In this document: one piece after another, positions 10,535-18,103 of the stretch
Layout: every line of letters begins with the position of its first letter
How positions within the stretch are numbered: the first letter of the stretch is position 1
DNA from: Aliivibrio fischeri ES114
GTDB lineage: Bacteria; Pseudomonadota; Gammaproteobacteria; Enterobacterales; Vibrionaceae
Length of the DNA stretch: 32,000 nucleotides
Strand: one strand, 5' to 3'
Assembly (NCBI RefSeq): GCF_000011805.1
Contig: NC_006841.2
Position numbers and translations under genes: made by a program
The notes under the pieces: generated by a model
Told to the model about the DNA's origin: nothing
Databases searched by the model: none
Seen by the model: only the letters and a program-made list of their open reading frames with translations

Positions 10535-10822
10535 ATGAATAGTTATAATAATAAAACTGTAAATGAACTATTAGTTGATCATTTAATTAATATCATGGAA
10601 AAGAACCTTATTGATATAACTAATAATTTAAATAAAATAACTGATAAAAATGATTTAATTGTAAAACTAAGGAATGATATAAATAGTATCAGCTTTAATT
10701 TTGAAAATATACCTTTAACAAAAATAAATAAATTACAGGAGCTAAAAGAAGAATACTTACGCACTTTTGAAAGGTGTAATCAAGGCTCACCTTTCACACA
10801 CACAACTTTAACAATACATTAA
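10535..10822 (+). CDS. Hypothetical 95-aa N/K/I-rich protein
   Basis: ATG preceded by aagaggtagct (SD-like), 27 nt after the MCP stop with no intervening hairpin, and 14 nt before the next MCP gene. No family recognised. Confidence 0.45.
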   Translation: MNSYNNKTVNELLVDHLINIMEKNLIDITNNLNKITDKNDLIVKLRNDINSISFNFENIPLTKINKLQELKEEYLRTFERCNQGSPFTHTTLTIH

Positions 10823-10836
10823 TATAGAAAACATCG

Positions 10837-12438
10837 ATGAATATTAAAACAAAACTATATAGTACAATACTATGTATAATTATAAGTTTAATCATAAGTT
10901 TAATTTTTATAATTTATACTTTAAATAAAAGTGAAGATAAAAAGAATTATTTACTAGAACAGAATTTTAATTCTTTTCAAGCCATAAATAATATTGATAG
11001 AACGATAAATGAACGTAGACGTTTTGAAATCCTTGCATTAAATAACATTAATAAAGATTCAAATATAAAAAACATGAATAATTCCACTATATTATTAAAT
11101 AAATATTTAACTGAATATGGTACATATGATGCTAATGAAGATGATCTAAAAGAATATGCAAAACTTAAAAAACTAATTACAGCATATAATAATGCAATAG
11201 AATTGGCATTAAAAAAAGGTAATAACTATAATTATGAAATAAATTTAGATTTATTAAATAAAGCTCTTAAATCTATTGAGAACATAAAAAACATTAATAA
11301 AAAATATATTGCATCATTTAATGTTGATTTCGAAAATTATATATTAAAAATGGAACTTATAAGTAGTATGTTTTTTATTATTATAACTCTGATTATATCT
11401 TCATCTCTATATTTATTAAGTAGAAACATTATAAAGAGATTGAATATAGTTAATAGTGCTATAGATAAATTTATTAGACTAGATATTGCAATAGGACCAC
11501 TTTGTTCATTTATAGAATCTAAAAAATTTCAACAAGATGAAATTGGTGAAATGATGCTCAAATTGAAAGAATTTCGTTTAACCATTGTAAATGTAATCGA
11601 TACAGCAAAAGAAACATGTGGTAAAACTGAAACTAATTTAGATAACTTTAGCGAAGAGATCAGTAAAAATGCAGAATCAATGCAAAATGTTCAAGATAAT
11701 ATGAATCAATTAGTAACAGCACTTAATGAGATAGCTGCTACAGCTGAAGAAACTTCAAGTAATATTATTCTTTCTGCAGAATTAACTAATCAATCCTACG
11801 AAAAATCTAAAGCTACTCGAAATGTAGTACAAACAACTACAGAGGGAATTTTAGAAATGAATCATAAACTAGAAACATCTATAGTTTCAGTTAATGAATT
11901 ACAAAATGATTCAAAGGATATATCTACCGTCCTAGAGATGATAAGCAATATTGCAGATCAAACAAATTTATTAGCTTTAAATGCAGCAATTGAAGCTGCA
12001 CGAGCTGGAGAGCAAGGGCGAGGTTTTGCTGTTGTTGCAGATGAAGTTCGAACTTTAGCTCAAAAAACGCAAGAATCGACATCAAATATTGAAAATATAA
12101 TATTAAAGCTTCAGAACAAATCAAATCATGTAAAGGAAGAAGTAAATTCTTGTTATAAGTTAATGGATAACTGTGTTCAATCTGCTAATGAAGCAATGCT
12201 TAATATGGAAGATATGAATATAAATATAACAAAATTATCTGAAATGGAAACACAAGTAGCAACTGCATCAGAAGAACAAACTTGTGTAATTAATGAAATA
12301 AATGTTAATGCTGTTAATGTAAATGATATTACAATTACAAGTTATGATACATCAAAAGAATTAGAACAAAAAATAGCTATTATCAATTCAGATACAAACC
12401 AATTAAACAAATTATTAAGTGAATTTAACACTAAATAA
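10837..12438 (+). CDS. Methyl-accepting chemotaxis protein (very AT-rich gene, unclassified periplasmic domain)
   Basis: TM1 [25 protein letters not shown]2 [21 protein letters not shown] ([13 protein letters not shown]), and the tip [37 protein letters not shown]. Confidence 0.9.
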   Translation: MNIKTKLYSTILCIIISLIISLIFIIYTLNKSEDKKNYLLEQNFNSFQAINNIDRTINERRRFEILALNNINKDSNIKNMNNSTILLNKYLTEYGTYDANEDDLKEYAKLKKLITAYNNAIELALKKGNNYNYEINLDLLNKALKSIENIKNINKKYIASFNVDFENYILKMELISSMFFIIITLIISSSLYLLSRNIIKRLNIVNSAIDKFIRLDIAIGPLCSFIESKKFQQDEIGEMMLKLKEFRLTIVNVIDTAKETCGKTETNLDNFSEEISKNAESMQNVQDNMNQLVTALNEIAATAEETSSNIILSAELTNQSYEKSKATRNVVQTTTEGILEMNHKLETSIVSVNELQNDSKDISTVLEMISNIADQTNLLALNAAIEAARAGEQGRGFAVVADEVRTLAQKTQESTSNIENIILKLQNKSNHVKEEVNSCYKLMDNCVQSANEAMLNMEDMNINITKLSEMETQVATASEEQTCVINEINVNAVNVNDITITSYDTSKELEQKIAIINSDTNQLNKLLSEFNTK

Positions 12439-12466
12439 ACTCAAGCATTCATAAGGATAAACTATT

Positions 12467-13222
12467 ATGAGAATAAAATTATCTAATCTAACTTTTATAT
12501 TAGTAACAGCTTCTGTTTCTGTTTCTGTTTCTGCACAGAATAACTCTCTAAAAGTATATGGGCCTGGAGGACCTGCCCCTGCTCTTATTGAAGTAGCAAA
12601 ATCTTTTGAAAAAGAAAAAGGGATTAAAGTTGACATTATTTTTGGGCCCCAAAACAAATGGGAACAAGAAGCTAAAAACAACGCTGATCTTATTTTTTCT
12701 GGTTCTGAAATTATGCAACATTCACAAAATAAGTTTTTTTCACTTTCAAATAAAAAAGCGCTTTATCTTAGACCTTCAGTTATAATTGTAAGGAAGGGGA
12801 ATCCAAAATCAATCAACGGTATAAAAGATATCATTAACAACAATATCAAGACACTTGTTGTTAATGGAGCTGGTCAAGCTGGTTTATGGGAAGATATTAT
12901 AGCAAAATCTGGAAATATTATAGATATTAATAAATTCAATAAAAACATCTACTCAACAAATAATAGCGCTCAAGCATTAAAAGAATGGAACACTAATAAA
13001 GACATCGATGCTTGGATTATTTGGAATCATTGGCATAATAAAGTTAAAACTAATTCTGACTTAGTTAAAATGGAAGATAATTATAGATTATATCGCCCTA
13101 TTAGTATTGCATATACTAATAAAGGTTTAGAAATCAATGAGAGCAAAAAATTTGTTAATTATCTATCTTCTTTAAATGCTCAGATTATTTTTGAAAAACA
13201 TGGTTGGAAAAAAGAATGGTGA
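12467..13222 (+). CDS. Orphan periplasmic substrate-binding protein, ModA-like (type II PBP fold)
   Basis: Signal peptide MRIKLSNLTFILVTASVSVSVSA-QN. Collinear by eye with E. coli ModA: LKVYGPGGPAPALIEVAKSFEKEKGIKVDIIF vs ITVFAAASLTNAMQDIATQFKKEKGVDVVSSF; ADLIFSGSE vs ADLFISAD; KFVNYLSSLNAQIIFEKHGW vs AFYDYLKGPQAAEIFKRYGF. No permease or ATPase genes are adjacent. Confidence 0.75.
   Translation: MRIKLSNLTFILVTASVSVSVSAQNNSLKVYGPGGPAPALIEVAKSFEKEKGIKVDIIFGPQNKWEQEAKNNADLIFSGSEIMQHSQNKFFSLSNKKALYLRPSVIIVRKGNPKSINGIKDIINNNIKTLVVNGAGQAGLWEDIIAKSGNIIDINKFNKNIYSTNNSAQALKEWNTNKDIDAWIIWNHWHNKVKTNSDLVKMEDNYRLYRPISIAYTNKGLEINESKKFVNYLSSLNAQIIFEKHGWKKEW
12511..12534 (+). repeat. Hexanucleotide tandem repeat (ttctgt x3 + ttctgc) inside the binding-protein signal peptide
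   Basis: Direct reading: ttctgt ttctgt ttctgt ttctgc, encoding the SVSVSVS stretch just before the predicted signal-peptidase site. Confidence 0.9.
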
Positions 13223-13244
13223 TAAAACAATAAAAAATCGTAGA

Positions 13245-13284
13245 CTATATTGGGCTATTAATTAAAATTTATAGCCCAATATAG
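13245..13284. terminator. Strong hairpin between convergent genes (end of the 8876-13222 plus-strand gene string)
   Basis: Perfect 14-bp stem ctatattgggctat (13245-13258) / atagcccaatatag (13271-13284) with a 12-nt loop, followed by acattttt. It sits in the 68-nt gap between the stops at 13222 (+) and 13291 (-). Confidence 0.65.
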
Positions 13285-13290
13285 ACATTT

Positions 13291-13515
13291 TTACTTCCAA
13301 AAATTATTTGCTTGAGAAATAGTTTGAAAATTAATAGCTATTATTTTAGATGATTCAATTAACAATGCAGCATTTTTAGAATATTCAAGCCTCAGATTAT
13401 ATAAAACATCTTTATCCGGTTGCGTTTTTTTTACCCCCATCCGACTTAATTTAATAGCCAAATCAAAACCATCACTTGGTGTATTAGTTATTAAAGTTGA
13501 TAACCACTGCTCCAT
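13291..13515 (-). CDS. Hypothetical 74-aa protein
   Basis: ATG at 13515 preceded by ggag with a 6-nt spacer (ggagtaatttATG). No family recognised. Confidence 0.45.
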   Translation of the reverse strand: MEQWLSTLITNTPSDGFDLAIKLSRMGVKKTQPDKDVLYNLRLEYSKNAALLIESSKIIAINFQTISQANNFWK

Positions 13516-13687
13516 AAATTACTCCATAATTGAAAAGTGATAAATTAATATTAACGTTGCGCTTTCTAATTTAAATCGCCCGATAGACATAAAATAAATT
13601 TATTCATGTAGCTAAACTCTTAGGTTCATACTATATGAGATAATTTTATTTATTCTAAAGTATTAAATAATCATTTATTAAAACTGT

Positions 13688-14767
13688 TCACGATATTAAA
13701 CTTCTATTTCTATCATCCATTAATACTGTAAAAATACTATCTATATTGATATTACTAATATCTGTAGTGTTAATAGAATTATTCCCTACAACACCAAAAA
13801 CTTCTGGGTTAGTTTTGTTATATAATCCTATACAAGAAACTCCTGCTGCATCAGCGAGATGAAGTGGCCCCGTATCACAACAAATAAAGGCATCCATTTC
13901 TTTTAATACGCAAGCAAGGTGACGCATGTCTGTCGTTTTAAATGTCACCGTACCCTCCCGTAATGGAGTGGTAATATCAGGACTCAATATCTCCACCCAT
14001 TGAATAGGTTGTGGAAATTTATTTTCAAATTTATTAATAAGCGTTAACCAAGTTGAATCAGGTAACCTCTTATCCCCTCTTGCCCCCCGAAAATACGCAA
14101 GACACAATTGTTCACCTTGATAAAGATGTTTTTTTGCTGAGACCCCATCATTCAACTCTTTTTGAGAAAAGACTAAATGATGTGAAATAGAAGAAGGAAG
14201 CCTATTGCCCAACGCAGAAAGCAAATAAAGACAACTAAATGCAGCGTGTAATCTATCGTCATCTTTTTTGAATGTGTGCGTAAACGCCACATTTCGTCGA
14301 GCATTGTCACCCGAAATTTTATTTTTAGCTCTTAACATGGCTGTTATCAACGTATCTTCAACTGAAGAATAAGGCAATATAATAACATCATATTCCTTTT
14401 TTCTTTGCCCTTTCATAATACGAGCAAACTTACCAAACTCTCTTATAGAAAAATAAGAAAATACAAACTCATCCACACCAATATAACGAAAAACATCTCT
14501 CTGCCAAGGCTGATTTAACATTAAAGTAATATGAGCATCAGGATAACTTCTACGCATCTGGCGAATAAAAGGAATAAGGAAATACATATTTCCTATACGA
14601 CGATTATTACGAATTATTAGAATATGTTGGATGTCATCTTTATCCAAAAGATAAGATAGTTGACCATGTGTATTATTTAATAATCGATATAATAAGGGCT
14701 CCAAAACTGCCATCTTAGTTCTTCTATATCGGTCAAAATTACGAAGGATATTTTTAAGTTTAATCAT
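13688..14767 (-). CDS. Glycosyltransferase family 9 (heptosyltransferase-like), orphan
   Basis: GT9 C-terminal nucleotide-sugar-binding signature AFICCDTGPLHLADAAGVSCIGLY (compare the xNDSGxMHxAAAxxxPxVxLxG signature in RfaC/RfaF). N-terminal ILIIRNNRIGNMYFLIPFIRQMRRSYPDAHITLM resembles the GT9 Rossmann start. No other LPS-core genes are nearby. The start is uncertain (alternative ATG at 14713). Confidence 0.75.
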   Translation of the reverse strand: MIKLKNILRNFDRYRRTKMAVLEPLLYRLLNNTHGQLSYLLDKDDIQHILIIRNNRRIGNMYFLIPFIRQMRRSYPDAHITLMLNQPWQRDVFRYIGVDEFVFSYFSIREFGKFARIMKGQRKKEYDVIILPYSSVEDTLITAMLRAKNKISGDNARRNVAFTHTFKKDDDRLHAAFSCLYLLSALGNRLPSSISHHLVFSQKELNDGVSAKKHLYQGEQLCLAYFRGARGDKRLPDSTWLTLINKFENKFPQPIQWVEILSPDITTPLREGTVTFKTTDMRHLACVLKEMDAFICCDTGPLHLADAAGVSCIGLYNKTNPEVFGVVGNNSINTTDISNINIDSIFTVLMDDRNRSLIS

Positions 14768-14784
14768 ACATAAATAATTTTATT

Positions 14785-15498
14785 TTAAGGAATAAGTAGC
14801 GGTCTTCCAAATTTAAAACCCTGAAAGTAACCAATACCTAATTGGATTAATAAGTAATAAGCATCTTGTGTTTCTACATCTTTAGCTATCACTTCAAATT
14901 TGAACTCTTTAATAAGCCTATATATAGTTTCTAGTTGAAATAGCTGTGAAGGGTTGTTTTCGATATTATCAGTTAAACTTTTATCTAATTTGACAAACTT
15001 AATATTATTCAAATATGAAAGGCGCTCTAATGAACTAATTCCTGCACTAAAGTCAACTAAACTAACTGATATGCCAAATGAGGAAAGTAATGAAATGTTT
15101 TTATTACAAACATCAAAATCATTTATTTTTTCATCTTCCGTAATATTAAACTCTAATTTAAGGTTAAATGAATTTATTTTTTGTAGATCAAGTTGTCCAA
15201 CATCGATTAATGTCGATATAAATTTAGCACTTATATTTATGGAAACTGGATGTTTTCTAATTCCAGAACAATTAAGCTTGACTAAATCACTTATTACTTT
15301 ATTTATAATGAAATAATTAAAAAATAAATCTTTTTTATGCTTACTCATTAGCTCTTGGTAGTAAATAATACTTCCTTCATAAAATACACCTCTTAATAGA
15401 GCCTCATAAGCACATAATTCACCATAGTAAAACTTTGGTTGATATAGAAAGAATACTTTTGAATACATAAAATTAACCAATTTCTTAATTGAGAACAT
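14785..15498 (-). CDS. Stand-alone EAL-domain protein with substituted catalytic motifs
   Basis: YQPKF...YEALLR, SINIS, EFNITEDE, KLDKS and FQGFKFGRP match EAL-domain landmarks. DDFGTG is VDFSAG and AEGVE is AKDVE. There is no sensor or GGDEF domain (237 aa in total). Confidence 0.8.
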   Translation of the reverse strand: MFSIKKLVNFMYSKVFFLYQPKFYYGELCAYEALLRGVFYEGSIIYYQELMSKHKKDLFFNYFIINKVISDLVKLNCSGIRKHPVSINISAKFISTLIDVGQLDLQKINSFNLKLEFNITEDEKINDFDVCNKNISLLSSFGISVSLVDFSAGISSLERLSYLNNIKFVKLDKSLTDNIENNPSQLFQLETIYRLIKEFKFEVIAKDVETQDAYYLLIQLGIGYFQGFKFGRPLLIP

Positions 15499-15587
15499 TA
15501 AAATTCATAATTATAATTAACAAAACGGATAATATATCCTGACCTAGCCAAATTAATTCACTTTATAATTAATTTAAATAAACTATT

Positions 15588-15815
15588 TCACAGTAGTAAA
15601 TTAATTAATTTTCTTTTTGCAGTTTCAGATAAATCACTCATAGATACTTTATCTTCTCTCAAAACATATACTTTAATTGGAACAAACGATCTATTTTTTT
15701 CTTTATATATCCTATTCCAACTTGATAATGATTGTAATGAAATAAATCCATTTCTTTGCATACATTTCAAAAAAATAAAATAACTTTGTATATTCAAATC
15801 TTTAATATTTGGCAA
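15588..15815 (-). CDS. Hypothetical small protein (TTG start; alternative ATG at 15761)
   Basis: Same strand as and upstream of the EAL gene. The listed ORF begins with TTG (revcomp of caa at 13-15 of 15811-15820). The first in-frame ATG would give 57 aa. No family recognised. Confidence 0.3.
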   Translation of the reverse strand: MPNIKDLNIQSYFIFLKCMQRNGFISLQSLSSWNRIYKEKNRSFVPIKVYVLREDKVSMSDLSETAKRKLINLLL

Positions 15816-15845
15816 AATATAAACCTACTATTAGTCTTGAATCAT

Positions 15846-16022
15846 TTAGAACGTAAAAACTGTATCTAAATTCTCTAATCTAATCTCACTATTAGTGCAA
15901 TTACGTTTATTTTCCTTTAAATAATACCTTTTTTCCATACCAGTAGTATGAATATTATTCATATAGAAACAACACAAAGACATTATCACAATAAATAAGA
16001 GTATTATAAACTTAAAATTCAT
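15846..16022 (-). CDS. Possible 58-aa exported/membrane mini-protein (not in the ORF track)
   Basis: Hand translation gives MNFKFIILLFIVIMSLCCFYMNNIHTTGMEKRYYLKENKRNCTNSEIRLENLDTVFTF*. It has a hydrophobic N-terminal signal/anchor and ends 30 nt upstream of the next minus-strand ORF. The SD is weak. Confidence 0.3.
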   Translation of the reverse strand: MNFKFIILLFIVIMSLCCFYMNNIHTTGMEKRYYLKENKRNCTNSEIRLENLDTVFTF

Positions 16023-16196
16023 AACATTTAAGTACGCCTTAATGTTTTTGATGAATACCTAAAAAAGAATTATCCATCAATCACGATATAATAAATATAT
16101 CGAAAATTTTACAATAACTCGATTTGATGTAACCTCTTTTAGCAAAAAATATCTATTAAATTAAAAGCATATTATTGATACTTTAATATTAAAAAG

Positions 16197-16228
16197 CCAC
16201 ATTATATGTAGAACCACATATAATGTGG
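16197..16228 (-). terminator. Perfect 13-bp inverted repeat; reads as an intrinsic terminator on the minus strand
   Basis: ccacattatatgt (16197-16209), agaacc loop, acatataatgtgg (16216-16228). On the minus strand the stem is followed by cTTTTTaatatt (16196-16185). No annotated minus-strand gene ends here. Confidence 0.4.
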
Positions 16229-16448
16229 GTGAATAACTTTATTCAAATAGCTAGTAGGACCCCACTTAGAGGACAGATCTATCTTAATTGAAAGATAAAA
16301 ACTCACAATCTAAAATATATTCAAGTTATTTAATAATATGTCTAAAAACTTGAGAACTTATCGAATACAGGCATAATGCGCCTAAAATGATTACTTGGTC
16401 TACAATAACGTCTACCTATATGACGTTTATTAAACTCCTTGAGGTGCA

Positions 16449-17306
16449 ATGAAAATACCAAACAGATTACTACCATTAGTTGAAGATGGTTTGATAGATG
16501 AAGTTCTGACCCAATTAATGAGTGGTAAGGAAGCCTCGGTCTACATTGTTCGTAGCGGCGATAATATTCAATGTGCAAAAGTATACAAAGAGATTGAACA
16601 ACGCAGTTTTAAACAAGCGGTAGCCTATCGTGAAGGTCGAAAAGTAAAAAACAGTCGCCGAGCTCGTGCTATGGAAAAAGGCTCTAAATTTGGCCGAGAT
16701 GAGCAAGAAAAAGTATGGCAAAATGCTGAAATCGATGCCTTATACAAGCTATCAGAAGCAGGTGTTCGGGTTCCTACACCTTATGGCTGTTTTGATGGTG
16801 TTTTATTAATGGAGTTGGTTACTGATAATGATGGCTCTGTAGCACCTCGCTTAAATGACGTGACCTTAACCAAAGATCAAGCGATACGTGATCATGACTT
16901 AATGATCCAATACGTCACTCGTATGCTGTGTGCAGGTATTGTGCATGGTGACCTGTCTGAGTTTAATGTATTAGTCGATCACCTTGGTCCTGTCATCATA
17001 GACTTACCACAAGCGGTTGATGCATCGGCAAACAACAATGCCAAATGGATGCTTGAACGTGATGTGAATAACATGACCACTTATTATGGCCAATTCGCTC
17101 CAGAATTACTTGGTTCTGAATACGCAAAAGAAATGTGGGCATTGTATGAAATTGGTGAATTAACACCAAACACGCAGCTTACAGGCGTATTTATTGATAA
17201 CGGAAGAGACGCTGATGTTGACGGCTTAATGGCTGAAATCAATGCCGTGATGGAAGAAGCCCGCTTACGTAAAGAGCGACAACTTGAAGATCAAGATATC
17301 GATTAA
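16449..17306 (+). CDS. RIO1-family atypical serine protein kinase/ATPase (bacterial RIO)
   Basis: SD gaggtg 4 nt before the ATG. LMSGKEASVYIV (P-loop-like), QCAKVYK (catalytic Lys context), LLMELV (hinge), IVHGDLSEFNVLV (catalytic loop) and IIDLPQAV (metal-binding Asp) match RIO-kinase landmarks. Confidence 0.85.
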   Translation: MKIPNRLLPLVEDGLIDEVLTQLMSGKEASVYIVRSGDNIQCAKVYKEIEQRSFKQAVAYREGRKVKNSRRARAMEKGSKFGRDEQEKVWQNAEIDALYKLSEAGVRVPTPYGCFDGVLLMELVTDNDGSVAPRLNDVTLTKDQAIRDHDLMIQYVTRMLCAGIVHGDLSEFNVLVDHLGPVIIDLPQAVDASANNNAKWMLERDVNNMTTYYGQFAPELLGSEYAKEMWALYEIGELTPNTQLTGVFIDNGRDADVDGLMAEINAVMEEARLRKERQLEDQDID

Positions 17307-17337
17307 CATGTTCAAATTGCAGGTAATGGATTATCTG

Positions 17338-17982
17338 CTAACACTCCACGCTTTCTCTCTGCTCAACCACTCTTTTAAATTCATGATGATGAATAAAATA
17401 GTCAATTTGCTCTACAGTTTGTTTTGCGTATATCAAACTCGTATGAGAATAATTTAAACACAAATGATCTTTTAGCTCAGGTAATACTGTTTCTTCAACC
17501 GTCACGGTACCATCAGAAGGGACTCTATCACGAATAATCGAAGAACGAATACCAATAGGTAAGGTTCCAGCAATAGAACCAATTGGGCAATCTACAGTTA
17601 ATTGATTTACATCTACAAGACCTTGTTCTTTTGAATTACCTAAGATAAAACCAAGTTTTCTATTTTGTATTTCTTTAGCAATCGAAGCACCTTGAAGTGG
17701 AGAGCCAATGGTAACAATAGAATCAATAGGGGTATGTTTATCATTATGTGAATTGACAAAATGAACAGCGAGAATGCCACCTAAACTGTGTCCTACAATG
17801 ACATTTTTTTCCGTTTCAGATAAACAATTACGGATCCGTTTGAAAAGCAACGCCTCGTTAATTCGCACCGAGTTATAGCTGACCACTTGGACGCTATGAC
17901 CTTTACGTCTTAACCGAGAAGCCAACGGTTTCATCACAAGACCATGCATATACAAACCATGTAACACAACAATGTGAGCCAT
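17338..17982 (-). CDS. Alpha/beta-fold hydrolase (esterase/lipase-like)
   Basis: HIVVLHGLYMHG (oxyanion region) and the nucleophile elbow VIVGHSLGG. A candidate acid residue is PSDGTV and a candidate His is HTSLIY. 214 aa, no signal peptide. Confidence 0.8.
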   Translation of the reverse strand: MAHIVVLHGLYMHGLVMKPLASRLRRKGHSVQVVSYNSVRINEALLFKRIRNCLSETEKNVIVGHSLGGILAVHFVNSHNDKHTPIDSIVTIGSPLQGASIAKEIQNRKLGFILGNSKEQGLVDVNQLTVDCPIGSIAGTLPIGIRSSIIRDRVPSDGTVTVEETVLPELKDHLCLNYSHTSLIYAKQTVEQIDYFIHHHEFKRVVEQRESVEC

Positions 17983-18103
17983 TAGCTACTCCTTCAAATC
18001 CGTCTATTAGCTATGACTATATCAAGAAGCAATCGTTCTCTATATGATAAAAATCATTCAAGTCTAATTAAACTCACTCTACATTAAGTTCTTATAAGCA
18101 ACT

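Noticed and set aside
10579-12681. Minus-strand ORFs 10579-10764, 11924-12124 and 12415-12681
   Set aside because: Each is antisense to a better-supported plus-strand gene (the 95-aa ORF, the MCP, and the binding protein with a clear signal peptide). Their translations are low-complexity.
10509-13238. 10-bp direct repeat aataaaaaat at 10509-10518 and 13229-13238, flanking the AT-rich three-gene cassette
   Set aside because: It is tempting as a target-site duplication or insertion scar. However, the repeat is a low-complexity A/T word that is expected by chance in this composition, and no inverted repeats or recombinase gene accompany it.
14954-15316. 120-aa plus-strand ORF
   Set aside because: It is antisense inside the EAL gene, which carries recognisable EAL-domain motifs.
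16342-16721. Minus-strand ORFs 16342-16578 and 16515-16721
   Set aside because: Both overlap the RIO kinase gene, whose catalytic motifs are clear, in antisense. They have no SD and their sequences are R/H-rich or F-rich nonsense-like.
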